Shown piece after piece: positions 36,290 through 51,391 of a stretch of DNA of 64,000 nucleotides. Origin of the DNA: Eledone cirrhosa (taxonomy: Eukaryota); the NCBI GenBank assembly GCA_964016885.1, contig OZ024741.1, positions 369,334,001 through 369,398,000 on the forward strand, written 5' to 3'. How positions within the stretch are numbered: the first letter of the stretch is position 1; the number at the start of each line of letters is the position of its first letter. The notes under the pieces were generated by a model. It saw nothing but the letters and a program-made list of their open reading frames with translations. It searched no databases and was not told the origin of the DNA. Made by a program: the position numbers and the translations under genes.

Positions 36290-39090
36290 ACATGAATCAA
36301 AGTTCTGTTCAAACCATTTATTCGCTTACAATTGTTTCTTCCAAACCGAGGTTTGGAATCTTCGGAGCAATTTTTCAATGATTGTTTACATACTTGACCT
36401 CCTTTCCAACACAAGAGACATACAGAAACATATGTATATATTGATGCACAGTGGGTTGACATCCATTATAATATTTAGCATGGCAATTTACATTCAAAGA
36501 TTAAAGTCATATTAAAAGGAAACAAAATTAAAGTTAAAATACAACATTGGCAGTTTACGAAGAAAATGGAAGAGGATAGTTAGAAGTAGTTAGTGTATGC
36601 AATAGTTACACGTGGGGCATGCACGTGTGTCTTATTTATATAAGATTATAGTGCGGCAGGGTGTTATATGTAATACAAGCACTTTAAGCGGACAAACGAG
36701 TATTATGGGGTTTGTATTGGTAAAGTATTTTTTTATATGTATGATATAGAAGCTTGTGTTCAGAGAAATATTAAAAATATTAAAAATGAGAAGCAAAACA
36801 ATGTTATGGTTTTTGTATACACCACCATTTTCACAATCCAGGAAACGTAATATATAGATTATATGTCCTTCACATAATCTACGATGATTCAATATTAGAT
36901 GCTTGATGAATTAGGTTAGAATATTACAGCTTGTTAATATTCTAGCTGTTGCGATTTCAATAAAAGAAAAATTAATTCTTCCAACAAACGAAATCGCAAC
37001 AGGGAGTAAACCTTCAAAATAACTCTGTAGCAAGTAACCCTAATAACGGCAGTAATAATAGTAATAGCACTAGTATAAGCATTAACACCGGAGACGACAA
37101 CCCCCATATCCAAAATCCTATAGCTACCACCCGGACTTCTGCACAGCATTATAACCAGCAGAGTAATACCCAGAATAATTATAACTGTAGAGCAAACAGA
37201 ACCTGCCCTTTAGATAAAAAATGCTTAATCAAGGATATCATATACTCATGCATCGTCACAACTAGCAACTCTTCAGAAACCTATGTAGGCTCCACTTCTA
37301 ACTGCTTCAAAACCACGTATAATTCGCACATCCACTCGTTCAAAAAACACTATCTAAAAACTAAAAATAAATCTTACACACTCAAATGGGAAGTGATAGG
37401 TAGCGCGACTTCGTACAAACCACCTAATAAATTTTGTAACCTCTGTCTACTAAAGACCCACACTATTATCTTCTCTAACCATAACCTACTTAACAAAAAA
37501 TCCGAAGTGTTCGCGACTTGCCAGCACCGCTTCAGACATTCCTTCCAAAACTTTGAGCCCAATATATAGCAATGTCACTTGAACCAGGCACCACCTCTAG
37601 CATCAAACACCAAGGGCACACCTTATACCACATCCCCACACTCATTGATCCAATATAACACTAATAGGGACATCCCTCTAGAACCCTTCACAGTAGGAAT
37701 ACCCCTTTGTACTTCTACTTTAGGTGTGACTGCATTCAGTTGCTTGAACTGCACTACACCACTATATAATTAATGTAAAATTTAAGCATTGAATTGATTG
37801 TATTGTTGGTGCTATGCGGGTGAAGTGCCATCGTTGGATAAATGGAAGACTAATTAATCTAGTAACGTTGATGAGCTATATAACCTATATGCTGAGTGCA
37901 GTGAATGTATTGCAAGTGGCGTATGAGTTGTGCATATATGCAGGAATTGATGGTCAGATTAGTGACATGATAAGTGTGGATTGACCTCTGGTCTACCCTA
38001 GTGATAGTTAACTTTCGACATCCAATATAACATGCACTGACCCAGAGCTTACCAGGGATTATTATATATTGAAGTGATTCTATAATCACCCTGCCAGGTT
38101 CTATGAGTAGACTACAATCACAATGATCATTGATTTAGAAATCTCGCTCATCATGTGAAATATTCAATTGTGGCACTCTATAATGGAGGATAATCACCCT
38201 AGTATGAACACCTTTAATACTTCTTGATAGACTACATTATAGTTAAGACACTTTAAATTTTTAGAAACTGTATATAACCATATAAGATAGGGACTATTTT
38301 GAGACACCATTTAATATTTAGTCATAGAAACCACTGAGTTACCTCCCCTCATGCGTTAACTCCCCTTAGTCACACACACTTCCGGAAGATAATTCGATGT
38401 CGATTCTCGCAACTTAACAACCTGCTTTATTGAGCTAAAGACCAACAAACTACGATTCTCTAACAAGATCGTCAAACACCCAATATCGAATCGTCGTGGA
38501 TTATGTGAGGGGCATATAATCTGAAAAATACGCTCCCCGGACTGTGAAAATTGTGCTGTACATGAAATCCAAATCATCGCTTTGCTACGCATTTCCAATA
38601 TTTTTAATGCTTATATTATTTCTCCACGCACAGGCTATAACATTCATATAAAGGATTCATTACCAGTTCAACCCCCTTAACACTCTTGATCACCCGTTTA
38701 AGTGCTTCTATTACATGTAACACTCTGCCACACTATAGCATTATATAAACAAGACGCATGTGCTTGCCACACGTATAACTATTGCACTCAATAACTGCTT
38801 ATGACTATCCTATCGCATTAATTTGATGTATTTTAATCTGTATTTTTTATTTTATCCTCTTTTAATATGAATGTAATCTCTAAATGTACGCTGCCACACT
38901 AAATGCTGTAATGTATGTCGACCCACCAAGCAACAATGTTTGCATATGTATCTGTATGTCTCTTGCGTTGAAAAGGAGGTCATATAAGTGTTCATTCATT
39001 AATAAATTGTTCCGAAGAATCCAAACCTCGGTTTGGAGGAAACAATTGTAAGCATATATATGTTTTGAACAGAGCTTTGATTCTGATAAC
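36290..39090 (+). mobile_element. Older PLE (GIY-YIG fragment 37185-37560, long 3' region) with diverged inverted arm 36290-~36945; HHRs 36322-36370(-) and 39007-39054(+)
   Basis: TCPLDKKCLIKDIIYSCIV..YVGSTSNCFK..CNLCLL..LLNKKSEVFATCQH; HHR ttgct-CCGAAGA-ttccaaacctcggtttggaa-GAAA-caattg-TA-agcga. Confidence 0.85.
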
Positions 39091-39151
39091 TTATATATAT
39101 ATGTATGTATATATATATATATGTATCTATATATATATGTGTATATATATG

Positions 39152-39182
<31 letters not shown>

Positions 39183-39279
39183 GTGTATATATATATATGT
39201 ATGTAAATATATATACATATATATATATATACATATGTATATATGTATATATATATATGTATATATATATACACATATA

Positions 39280-39313
<34 letters not shown>

Positions 39314-39410
39314 CATATATATATATACATATATATATACATATATATATACATATGTATATATACATATGTATATATATATACACACATATATATACAT
39401 ATATATATAC

Positions 39411-39477
<67 letters not shown>

Positions 39478-39654
39478 CATATACATATACATATATATAT
39501 ATACACATATATATATATATACATATACATATATATATACACATATATATATATACATATATATATATACATATATATATATACATATATATATATACGT
39601 ATATATATATATGTAGAGATATATATAGAGAGATATGTATATATATATATATGT

Positions 39655-42600
39655 ATCATCATCATCATCATCATCATCAACGTTTAACGTCCGTGTTCCA
39701 CGCTTGCATGGGTTTGGACGGGGGTAGTCCCACTTGAGGCAAGAGTGATTGTCTTGCTCGCATAGGACTGTCTGGCAGGTTTTCTACAGTTGGATGCCCT
39801 TCCTAACACCAACCACATTTACAGTGTGGGTCTGGGAGGTTTTTACCGTGTTGCCTACACGGCCACATTACAGCGTGGACTGTGTGTTTTTTTGTCGTGA
39901 CACCTACACGATCTCATTTGTTTCGGCCTGGATGGCGCGGCACCAACATAACTTTACATAGAACGGGGTGGTGTGGATGGGGTGGGGGTGGCGGCGGGAG
40001 GGGTGTATTTTGTTAGAGATGCCTACTGGCAAGGCGGGTCTTCTCTGTTACTGAGTACCGCCAAAGGTCACGGTCCAGTGACATTGTCTTGGAGAGGTGT
40101 AAGTGTGTGAGGTCGGAGTTTATCAGCTCATCCCATGTTTTTCTAGGTCTGCCTATTCCGTGGCTACCGTCTATCTTTATTGCCCTGCACTTTGTAATAC
40201 AGCTATCGACTTTCATGCGCATCACGTGTCCATACCAACGCAGCCTTCTCTCGAGTAAACAACATCTGATCCCTCTTATCTCTAATTTTTTCCTTAGTTC
40301 GTTTATGCTTTGCCGTTCACGTATATTACTGTTACACATCCAGCGGAGCATGCAAGCTTCGTTCCTCTCTAGTCTGCGTATATCCTCTGCACACAATGCC
40401 CAGGTCTCACTACCGTGCAACATTGCTGTTCGTATGCAGGCATCGTACAACCTGCCTTTCATTTTTAGGGAGAACCCTTTAGCAGCTAATAGTGGTATAA
40501 GCTCTCTGAACTTTTTCCAACCAGTTCTGACTCTAGCTACAGTACTTTCAGAGCACCCTCCCCCACTGCTGATTTTATCGCCCAGGTAACGGAAGCTGTC
40601 CACTATTTCTATAGAACCCTCTGCGCAATTGAAAGAGCTAGTATTTTGTGGGCACTTGCTGCTACTTATTGCACCAGAACACCGGCCACATGTAAAGTCT
40701 ATGTTCTTAGTTAGCTTACCTGTGATCCCACTACATCTTTTATGCACCCATACTTTGCATTTAGGACATAAGATGGAGTTTCTACCTACGCCTTTCCTAC
40801 ATACCGAGCACGACCATTTCCCAGAAGGGACCGCCGCCTTGTTTTCTTTCCTACAAACTAGAACTTTGGTCTTAGCCAGGTTAATTTTAAGTCCTTTTGA
40901 CTCTAGGCCGTGCTTCCATGTTTGGAATTTCTTCTCTAGCTCGGCCATTGATTCCGCTATGAGTGTCAGGTCGTCTGCGTATAGGAGTTCCCATGGGCAG
41001 CCTGTCTTGAACTCCTCTGTTATAGCCTGAAGGGCAATAATAAATAGTAGGGGGCTGAGAACAGAGCCTTGATGGACGCCAACTTTTACGCTAAACTCTT
41101 CACTATATTCGTTGTTAATTCTAACCTTGCTGACTGTTTCTTTATACATGGCTTGTATAGCCCTCACAAGCCATTCGTCAACGCCTAGTTTTCTAAGAGC
41201 CCACCAGATAATGGAGCGGGGGACTCTGTCGAAGGCTTTCTCCAGGTCGACGAAAGCTAAGTAGAGGGGTTTACCTTTAGCTAGGTACTTCTCCTGTAGT
41301 TGTCGTACTATGAAAAGAGCGTCTGTGGTGCTTTTGCCTGACACAAACCCGAACTGCATTTCATCTAGATCAATTCTCTCTCTGATTAGTTGCGCTATTA
41401 CTTTTTCCGTGACCTTCATGACCTGGTCGATTAATTTAATGCCTCTATAGTTACTCCTATCTAGGGCGTCTCCTTTACCCTTATAACAGTTAACGATGAT
41501 GCTGCTATGCCAGTCCTTCGGAACAACCCCATTCTGTACGACTTGGTTAACTATGCGGGTGACCATGGTGTGTCCCACCGTGCCAGATGCCTTCAGCATC
41601 TCAGCAACTATTTCCGAAGGCCCAGCCGCCTTACCAGTCTTCATATCCTTGATTGCCTTACTTATTATACTCCCCTCGACTAACACTGCTGGTCCCTCTA
41701 TCGGGTCGATAAGGGGGAGACTGTCTTTCTCCCATTTATTCTCCTCATTTAGTAGCCTTTCATAGTGACACTTCCAAGCTACCTTCTTATCAGTGTCGGT
41801 GATGGCAAGTATGCCATCATCGTTAAGTACACACTTCTCCCCGACAATATCACGGTTTTCCTTGACGCATTGCCTGGCAATCCTGAACACCTCACGTTTT
41901 TGGTCATCGCGTTGTAGAACATGCTTGAACTTTCTTTCCTCAGCTTCCCTTCTTGCTAAGTACACTTCTCTCCTAGCTTCCCTCCTGGCCACTTGATAGT
42001 CTACTCTACTTCCCCCATCCCGCCATACTTTCCAAGCCTGCTTTTTGGCCTTAATTGACCCCTCCACCCTATTGTTCCACCACCATGTTACTCTCCTCCT
42101 GCCTACAGGCCTGCTCCAGCCACAGACTTCGTCTGTCGCCAACAGCAGGTTTGCTTTCAGAAATTTCCACTGTCCCTCTATATTGTCCGATTCTAGATGC
42201 TCTTCCTTACTGTCGAAAGCATCAAGTAATATGCTTTGAAATTTATTTCTGGCTGTGGGGTCCTTTAGTTTCCATATTTTCCTCCTGAGGATAGTCCTCT
42301 TCTGCTGTCGGGTGCGTCTCGTCCTGACTATGAGGTCGCTAATTATCAGTCTATGTTGGGAGGTGCATTCTTCATGGGGGAGGGATTTAGTGTTTACAAC
42401 AGACACTCTGTCACGTCTTCTGGTAAGGATATAATCTACCTGGCTTGTGTGTTCCCCGGATCTATAGGTAATCAGGTGATTGTCACGTTTTTTGAAGTTA
42501 GTGTTACAGATAGTTAGGTTATTTGCATCACAGTATTCCAGAATTCTGGAGCCTTCCTCATTTCTAGTACCAAACCCATAGCCTCCATGGATTTCGTCAT

Positions 42601-43113
42601 AGCCGTCACAATGTTGTCCAACGTGACCATTTAGGTCGCCTGCAATAATTATATAGTCACTGTCAGATATTTGGGAGGTAGTTAGCAACAGTGTCTCATA
42701 GAATCTGTCTTTTATAGTGCCGGGCAGTCCGGATTGGGGTGCGTACGCAGATATTACTGTCACCGTAGTTCTATTGAGGACAAGTCTTATTTTAATTATT
42801 CTGTCGTTCACTCTATTTACGTCTATTATCTTATCTGCCCACTTTTCTGCTACCATGATTCCTACTCCACCCAGCCCATCGTCGTTTCCCACCCAGAAAA
42901 GCTTATAACATCGTTTTTTACCCTCAATGAATCTAGCAGACCCACCCCTCCACCTGGTCTCTTGAATACAACAAACATCGACCTCCTTACGTTCAAGCAT
43001 TTCTACAACCTCGTTAGCGCGACCCTTTAGGGTGCCTACATTTATGGTACCAACTCTGAAGTTTTGGGTTGCGTTTGGAGGGTGGGGGTGGTGGGGGGCG
43101 GGAGGAGATAGGG
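39655..43113 (-). mobile_element. Near full-length, apparently young RTE LINE: intact APE-RT-PHD ORF, 3' UTR and (ATG)n tail
   Basis: 995-aa uninterrupted ORF (frame stays open upstream through [11 protein letters not shown]); [41 protein letters not shown]; flanked by TA-type arrays. Confidence 0.97.
40013..43000 (-). CDS. RTE ORF: AP endonuclease, reverse transcriptase and PHD finger
   Basis: ORF track, 995 aa, motifs as listed for the element. Confidence 0.95.
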   Translation of the reverse strand: MLERKEVDVCCIQETRWRGGSARFIEGKKRCYKLFWVGNDDGLGGVGIMVAEKWADKIIDVNRVNDRIIKIRLVLNRTTVTVISAYAPQSGLPGTIKDRFYETLLLTTSQISDSDYIIIAGDLNGHVGQHCDGYDEIHGGYGFGTRNEEGSRILEYCDANNLTICNTNFKKRDNHLITYRSGEHTSQVDYILTRRRDRVSVVNTKSLPHEECTSQHRLIISDLIVRTRRTRQQKRTILRRKIWKLKDPTARNKFQSILLDAFDSKEEHLESDNIEGQWKFLKANLLLATDEVCGWSRPVGRRRVTWWWNNRVEGSIKAKKQAWKVWRDGGSRVDYQVARREARREVYLARREAEERKFKHVLQRDDQKREVFRIARQCVKENRDIVGEKCVLNDDGILAITDTDKKVAWKCHYERLLNEENKWEKDSLPLIDPIEGPAVLVEGSIISKAIKDMKTGKAAGPSEIVAEMLKASGTVGHTMVTRIVNQVVQNGVVPKDWHSSIIVNCYKGKGDALDRSNYRGIKLIDQVMKVTEKVIAQLIRERIDLDEMQFGFVSGKSTTDALFIVRQLQEKYLAKGKPLYLAFVDLEKAFDRVPRSIIWWALRKLGVDEWLVRAIQAMYKETVSKVRINNEYSEEFSVKVGVHQGSVLSPLLFIIALQAITEEFKTGCPWELLYADDLTLIAESMAELEKKFQTWKHGLESKGLKINLAKTKVLVCRKENKAAVPSGKWSCSVCRKGVGRNSILCPKCKVWVHKRCSGITGKLTKNIDFTCGRCSGAISSSKCPQNTSSFNCAEGSIEIVDSFRYLGDKISSGGGCSESTVARVRTGWKKFRELIPLLAAKGFSLKMKGRLYDACIRTAMLHGSETWALCAEDIRRLERNEACMLRWMCNSNIRERQSINELRKKLEIRGIRCCLLERRLRWYGHVMRMKVDSCITKCRAIKIDGSHGIGRPRKTWDELINSDLTHLHLSKTMSLDRDLWRYSVTEKTRLASRHL

Positions 43114-43497
43114 TTATATATATATATATGTATGTATATATGTATATATATGTGTATATACATGTATATATATATGTATGTATATATATGTATATATATA
43201 TTTGTATATATGTATATATATGTTTATGTATATATATATATGTATGTATATATATATTTATGTATATATATGTATGTATATATAAATATGTATATATATA
43301 TGTATATATATATTTATATATGTATATATATATGTATGTATATATATATATATGTATCTGTATATATGTATATATTTCACATTGCTCCTTCTACCTGGAG
43401 TTGCGACCGATAGATAGTATTAGCAATTGGAAAGACCAACGGAAACATTGTTCCCTCGGTCCGATTTGACGAAAGTCGATCGTTCCTTAATTATATG

Positions 43498-43530
<33 letters not shown>

Positions 43531-43533
43531 GTG

Positions 43534-43567
<34 letters not shown>

Positions 43568-43707
43568 TATGTATATATATATACATATGTATATATATGT
43601 ATATATATATATATGTATATATATGTATATATATATATATGTATATATATGTATATATAAATATATGTATATATATATATATGTATATATACATATATAT
43701 ATATGTA

Positions 43708-44490
43708 TATACAAGTAAATATAAATTAATATATATGATGAAACACAAATACCAACATATCTGTGTTTATATTGTAAAAGAAATTTGCTAGAATGAAATA
43801 TACTAATTATAATATTACAGTTTGCCTATCTCGATTTAAAATAATAAATCAATAAAAACAAACAGTATTGGCAAATGGCCATGGTGTTTAGACAAATTCA
43901 AATTTCAAAATCAAACCTGTTCCGTAGATAAGTTTAAACTTTAAAATCCAAATATGTTTCGAAATGAATAAGTGTAAGGATATCATGTCCAGCTCACATC
44001 AGTAAACACCCTGAACAAATTGATATGCTTCACTTCTACATATTTTAAAAGACTGTTTAACGCACATGGTTTCCCAGTTTCTAGCCAGCCTCATACTCGT
44101 ACTGCTAGAAATGACAGCCGTATATATGGGGCTACTATCAGCTCAACGTAAGGAGCGATTATATTAAGTGTATTGACTTCAAAACTCAAGCATTCCTTTA
44201 CAATGAAATAGCTCAAAGAAAGAAATATTTCTGAGCCGTATAATACAAGTAAATATAAGTTAATATTTATGATGAAACACAAATACCAACATATCTGTGT
44301 TTATATTGTAAAAGAAATTAATTTCTTAATTTCTTTTACAATATAAACACAGATATGTTGGTATTTGTGTTTCATCATATATATTAATTTATATTTACTT
44401 GTATTATACGGCTCAGAAATATTTCTTTCTTTGAGCTATTGCGTTGTAAAGGAATGCTTGAGTTTTGAACTCAATACACTTAATATATAT
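43708..44490. repeat. Unclassified ~535-bp partial tandem repeat ending in a fold-back (arms 44160-44320 and 44327-44487)
   Basis: 43708-43787 repeats at 44243-44320, then its reverse complement follows. Confidence 0.8.
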
Positions 44491-44799
44491 GTATATATAC
44501 ATGTATATGTATATATATATAAGTTTATATACATATATATATATGTATATATACATATATGTATATATATATATACATATATGTATATGTACATATATAT
44601 ATATATGTATATATACATATATATATATGTATATATGTATATGTACATATATATATGTATATATATATGTATATATACATATATGTATATGTACATATAT
44701 ATATAGGTATATGTACATATATATATATGTATATATACATATGTATATGTACATATATATGTATATATATGTATACATACATATATATATATACATATG

Positions 44800-44833
<34 letters not shown>

Positions 44834-44962
44834 TATGTATATATACATATATGTACACATATATATGTATATATATTTATATGTACATATATATATATAT
44901 ATATGTATATGTACATGTATATGTACATATATGTATATGTACATATATATATGTATATGTAC

Positions 44963-45013
<51 letters not shown>

Positions 45014-45025
45014 TGTATATATATG

Positions 45026-45056
<31 letters not shown>

Positions 45057-45212
45057 TCATACATATATATGTATATATACATATATATATATATACATAT
45101 ATATATATGTAAATATACATATATCTATATATATATATGTATATATACATATATATATATATGTGTATATGTATATACATATATTATGTATATGTGTATA
45201 TGTATGTATATG

Positions 45213-45247
<35 letters not shown>

Positions 45248-45337
45248 GTATATATATATGTATATATATATATAAATGTATATATATATATATGTATATA
45301 TATATATGTATATATATATGTATATATATATATATGT

Positions 45338-45875
45338 ATCATCATCATCATCATCATCAACGTTTAACGTCCGTGTTCCACGCTTGCATGGGTTTGGACG
45401 GGGGTAGTCCCACTTGAGGCAAGAGTGATTGTCTTGCTCGCATAGGACTGTCTGGCAGGTTTTCTACAGTTGGATGCCCTTCCTAACACCAACCACATTT
45501 ACAGTGTGGGTCTGGGAGGTTTTTACCGTGTTGCCTACACGGCCACATTACAGCGTGGACTGTGTGTTTTTTTGTCGTGACACCTACACGATCTCATTTG
45601 TTTCGGCCTCGAAGGCGCGGCACCAACATAACTTTACATAGAACGGGGTGGTGTGGATCGGGTGGGGGTGGGGGTGGTGGGACGGGGTGTATTTTGTTAG
45701 AGATGCCTACTGGCTGGAGTAGGTTTTACTATATATTTAGGTAAGGCGGGTCTTCTCTGTTACTGAGTACCGCCAAAGGTCTCGGTCCAGTGACATTGTC
45801 TTGGAGAGGTGTAAGTGTGTGATGTCGGAGTTTATCAGCTCGTCCCAGGTTTTTCTAGGTCTGCCTATTCCGTGA
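45338..45875 (-). mobile_element. 5'-truncated 3' end of the same RTE as 39655
   Basis: Near-identical to 39657-40160 except a ~28-nt insertion at about 45715. Confidence 0.95.
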
Positions 45876-46011
45876 CTGTATGTATATATATATGTATGTA
45901 TATATATATGTATGTATATATGTGTATATATATATGTATGTATATATGTATATATATATATGTATGTATATGTATATATATATATGTATATATATATATG
46001 TATGTATATGT

Positions 46012-46051
<40 letters not shown>

Positions 46052-46177
46052 GTATGTGTATATATATGTATATGTATATATAAATATGTATATATGGATA
46101 TATATATGTATGTATATATATATGTATGTATATGTATATGTATATATATATATATGTATATATACATATATATATAT

Positions 46178-46476
46178 CTAAGGTGGGTAAAATTCCCGAG
46201 ATCCATGAACGAGTTCTCTGCAGCGGTCTCTGTCCCTCATTATCGCTGCCATGTCCTGCATCTCCAACACACCAGTGTCTGTCCTTAGGGCATCAACACA
46301 TGTTAACCTTGGTCTTCCTCTTCCAGTGTGTCCATGTAGGGGCTCCCACAGGAGCACTGAGTGCAATGTCAACTCTGGATGTCGGTGAGCATGTCCAGCT
46401 AACCCCAGTCTCCTCTGTGTCACTTTTGAGCTGACTTTTGGGAGGCTCCCATACAGCTCTGAGTTTTTCATCCTCA
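46178..46476 (-). mobile_element. RTE/RTEX-like LINE 3' fragment
   Basis: [40 protein letters not shown]. Confidence 0.8.
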
Positions 46477-46603
46477 TATATATATATATGTATACATACA
46501 TATATATATCTTCATATATATATATATGTATATATATATATGTATATATACATATATATATATGTATATATATATATAATGTATATATACATATATATAT
46601 ATG

Positions 46604-46637
<34 letters not shown>

Positions 46638-48786
46638 AGTGTTTCATCCAAGAGTGTCACCCTGACAACATCTTAATGATGGGGGACTTCAACCTGCCCG
46701 GAGTTGACTGGTCCACAAACACCCTGCCACCAGGTTCTTCTGCCTCAACCTCTGACAGGGAAGCTGTGGAATCGCTTCTTGACTTCATGGATGATTTCTT
46801 CCTATCCCAACTAGTGCTCGAACCAACGAGGTGCCACAAAAACGTCCTAGACTTAATTTTCAGCAATCACACTGACAATATCCACAATATTGCAGTGGAG
46901 AAAACTCTACTCTCTGATCATGACATGGTTCTCTGTGATCTGAGATTCCACCGTCCAATATACAAACCCAATGTCATCTCTCCTGTCCATCCGTTTGACG
47001 CTATGGATTTCCACAATGCAAACTGGGAAGCGATCAGTCATGATCTTGCACATGTCGACTGGTCCTTCACGCACACTCATACACCCACTAACATCAAAAA
47101 GTCCTGGCAGACATTTGTGGACACTGTTACAAACATATGTGCTAAACACACCCCATTAAGAACTATAAACAAATCTAAGAGCAGAATCCCTAGAAATAGA
47201 AAAACGCTCATCAGAAAAATTAAGAGAACAAACAAAAAAATCAACAAGCTGAAATACTGTCAGCAGCAACACATCAACTTGACTGCCATTTCATCACTAG
47301 AGATTAAAAAACATAACCTCCAAAACAACATAATGTCCCTCATCAACAATCAGAGAAGAGCTGAAGAGGCCTGGGCCATTGAGAAGATCAAACTCAATCC
47401 CATGACCCACTTCCTTGAGAGTAACAATATGCTGAACTCCAACCAGCATGGATTCCGTAATGAAAGGGATTGCCTGACGCAACTACTGCATCACTTTGAT
47501 GACATTTTGAGAGCCTTGGGAGAGGGTTCCAACACTGATGTTATCTACCTTGATTTCAGCAAGGCCTTTGACAGGGTTGATCATAACATTCTACTGAGAA
47601 AGCTGTCCAATATTGGTGTCACTGGAAAGCTGCTGCAGTGGATCAAGAGCTTCCTGTCAAACAGAACCCAACATGTTGTAGTTGAGGGAGTCAAATCAAG
47701 CCCAGCCAAAGTCAGTAGTGGAGTCCCACAAGGCACTGTGTTGGGCCCACTTCTCTTCATCATCTATATTAATGACATCACTGACATCATCAAACACAGC
47801 AACATTAAAATTTTCGCTGATGATTCCAAGCTCCAAAAGGTCATCAATGGCGTGGATGACCGGATAAGCCTTCAGTCAGACCTACTGGCTGTTACCCAAT
47901 GGGCAGAAAAGAACAACATGTTACTGAACGAAGACAAATTCGAACTGATCCACTTTGGAAAAGAGGATGCTCTGAAACTCCCGTACTCCCTTCCCTCCGG
48001 GGAAACTCTCGTGGCATCTAACAACATCAGAGACTTGGGAGTAACCGTGGACAGCAACATAAGCTGGACCACGCATATAAGCAGCAAAGTTGACATGGCC
48101 CGCAGAATGTGTTCCTGGATCCTCAGAACCTTCCAGTCGAGAGATTCCCACACCATTATCCTTCTCTTCTCTACTTTCGCCCGACCACACCTTGAATACT
48201 GTTGTCCACTGTGGTCTCCCCACACGAAACAAAGTATCATGAAACTTGAAGCTCCTCAAAGGGCAATCACGAAAAAGATAGATGGCATGTTAGACCTTGA
48301 CTACTGGGGTCGATTGGAAAACCTGAAACTTTACTCACTCCAACGTCGCCGTGAGCGTTATATTATCTGCATGATGTGGAAAATGTTCCATCATCACTGC
48401 CCAAATGATGTTGGCATCACCTTCAAGATACACCCAAGGCTTGGGCCCCGTGCTATCCGTCCCATTCAAAAATCTAAATCGCAACTCAACAACAATACGG
48501 CACAATTATTTCACCTCAATCGGCCCTGCTCTCTTCAACATCACACCAGGACACGTCAAAAGAGAAACTGACCACACAAAATTCAAGAAGTCTTTGGACA
48601 AATTCCTCCAAGTAATCCCGGATAAACCACCCACACCCGGATATGTCTCCGCAAACAGTAATTCTCTTCTCGAATGGGCCATGGTGCCCAAATCCTGAAT
48701 TGAAAGACTTCGCCAGGTGGTGCTATTAAGTTAGACATGGCCTGGGCCAATACTGGCCAAAACATTTCAAAGTTATTCAAAGTTAT
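46638..48786 (+). mobile_element. CR1-group LINE: 5'-truncated, internally deleted APE-RT ORF, frameshift near the end
   Basis: MGDFNLPGVDW, LDLIFSN, SDHDMV, NQHGFR, YLDFSKAFDRVDH, SGVPQGTVLGPLLF, FADD; jump KIKLNP|MTHFLE removes the tether; (TTCAAAGTTA)-type tail. Confidence 0.93.
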
Positions 48787-48864
48787 ATATATGTATATAT
48801 ACATATATATATGTATATATACATATATATATGTATGTATATATACATATCTATATATATATAC

Positions 48865-48931
<67 letters not shown>

Positions 48932-49039
48932 CATATATATGTATATATACATATATATATGTATATATACATATATATATATGTGTGTATATATATATAT
49001 GTATGTATATGTATATATATATGTATGTATATATATATG

Positions 49040-49073
<34 letters not shown>

Positions 49074-49359
49074 TATGTATGTATATGTATATTTATATAT
49101 ATATGTATGTATATATATATGTATGTATATATATATCTATATAAATATATATATATATAAATGTATGTATATGTATGTATATGTATATCTATATAAATAT
49201 ATATATATATAAATGTATGTATATGTATGTATATGTATATGTATATATATAAATATATGTATATATATGTATAATAAAAAATTGAACAGGGACAGAACAG
49301 AGAGGCAGTACGACAAATGTTTATTAGATTCACGCTCAGGAGAGTGGGGGGTAGGTGGA

Positions 49360-49391
49360 GGACGACGTTTCGGGCATAAGCCCTTCTTCAG
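49360..49391 (-). ncRNA. HHR-like core of a probable PLE 3' region (49270-49870)
   Basis: CTGAAGA-agggcttatgccc-GAAA-cgtcg-TC; stem II and core present, stem I not evident. Confidence 0.5.
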
Positions 49392-51391
49392 GTAAGAGTT
49401 CAAAAGGTGTGTAGGGGAGTGGTGGAGAGACATATAGCGAAAGGAAACGGTGCGAATGAAAAATTAACAAATAAAGACAAAAATATAATAAATAATAAAT
49501 AAAAATAAAGCATGATCAAAATACAAGGAATGAGAACATTTAAAAATAAAGGCATGATCAAAATAAACTGAAATTAAAAGGGGGGTAAACAGGTGGTGGA
49601 AGGGTGTGGGGTGAGTAGAGGTGGAGTGGGGAGAGGGAGACGGGGTGTCCGAGCGAGGAGGGCTGAAGGTGGTGTGTGTGTGTGTGTGTGTATGTGAAAG
49701 TGAGAGTTGGGGGAAGAACGGGGTTGCATGTTCAGGAAGGTGTGTGTGGGGGGTCTGTGCGTGTGTGGATAGGGGGTGGGGGGAGAGGAATCAGGGGGCT
49801 GAGGGTGTAAATATGTGGTGGGAAGCACGTGTGTGTGGTTTAAGCGTGCTGTGGGTGTGGGTGGCGTAGTATATATATAAATATATGTATATCTATATAT
49901 ATATGTATATACATATATATATGAATGTATATATATAAGTATGTATATATATATGTATATAGGAGGTGAGTTTTATTGTAGTACAATAAAGCAATGCAGA
50001 TATCGGATAAGAAGCACTCTACAGTTTGTGGGACTGGAGTATGCATAATATGAGATCAAAAGATGGTTAAAGGAGTTCAATATATTTTATTATGCGCATT
50101 TCAAAAACAAACATCATCAAACAATAATATTTGTGTTTTCATCAGATAAAACAGGAGAACATGATATGAAGGCTAAAAAAACACTTGTTGATAGTGCAGT
50201 TTTAAATCAACATATGAAAAGTGGTTTTAGATTGATGTGTGATATTGGGAAAAATATTTTATTTAGAGAGGGGGGGAGAGAAAAGGATGAAAAGGGAAGG
50301 AGATGAGAGGGAGAGATGGGTGATAGAGAGAAAGAGATAGTTTTTATAACTGAGAGGAGATATATTTTATATAGAGGGGTTGAAAACCGTTGGAAGATAC
50401 TGTATAAATTAAAAATTTTGAAAATTAACGAAGGGAGGATATGTGCGAGGAAAAAATATATTATATTTAGGGAGGGGTGGGGGTGGAAAGGATGAAAAAA
50501 AGGGGAGGAGATGAGAGTGAAGGTGGAAAGGGAGAGATGGGTGATAGAGAGAAAGAGATAGTTTTTATAACTGAGAAAAAGATATAATGTTTTAATATAG
50601 AGAGGTTGGGAACCGTTGGAAGATAATGTATAAATTAAAGGAATTTGAAAATTAACGAAGGGAAATTATGTATGGAGATAGAGAGAAAAAAATAACGAAG
50701 GGAAATTATGTATGGAGATAGAGAGAAAAAAATAATAATTGTGGGTGAATATTCTAACGTCAAAAGAAGAAATGTAGGAATTTTAAAATTAGCAAAGAGA
50801 AAAAGTTTATGTGTAGAAGGATTTGAGAAAAATAATGTGAAGTTAAAGTTTTTATATTGAATTCATATGTATTAATAATGAGTTCGTTGATGGGGAGAAA
50901 AAAATAATAATAAATTAAGGATGAAATTGAGATTAAAAAGATTTATGATAGAGAGAAAAAATAATAATGATTGCGGATGAATACTCAAAATGTCAAAAAC
51001 AAATGTTATTGTTTTACGAGGAGATATAATGAGGGTGATGAGTAAACGGGTATTATAGAGTGTATAATGCCCTTTAAAGTAAGGTAGATGGGTATATTTT
51101 AAAGAATATATGAGTATATATTAAAAAAAATATATAATAATAAATTAAGGATGAAATTGAGATTAAAAAGATTTATGATAGAGGGAAAAAAATAATAATG
51201 ATTGCGGATGAATATTCAAAATGTCAAAAACAAATGTTATTGTTTTACGAGAAGATAGGATGAGGGTAATGAGTAAACGAGTATTATAGAGTGTATAATG
51301 CCCTTTAAAGTAAGGTAGATGGGTATATTTTAAAGAGGTGTATGTATATGTGCCTTTGAGAAAAGATTCTAAATTGATAAAGAATTGAATA

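Noticed and set aside
43950-44160. Hammerhead in the 43708-44490 repeat
   Set aside because: A CTGATAG..GAAA candidate on minus lacks a canonical core, NUH site and stem I.
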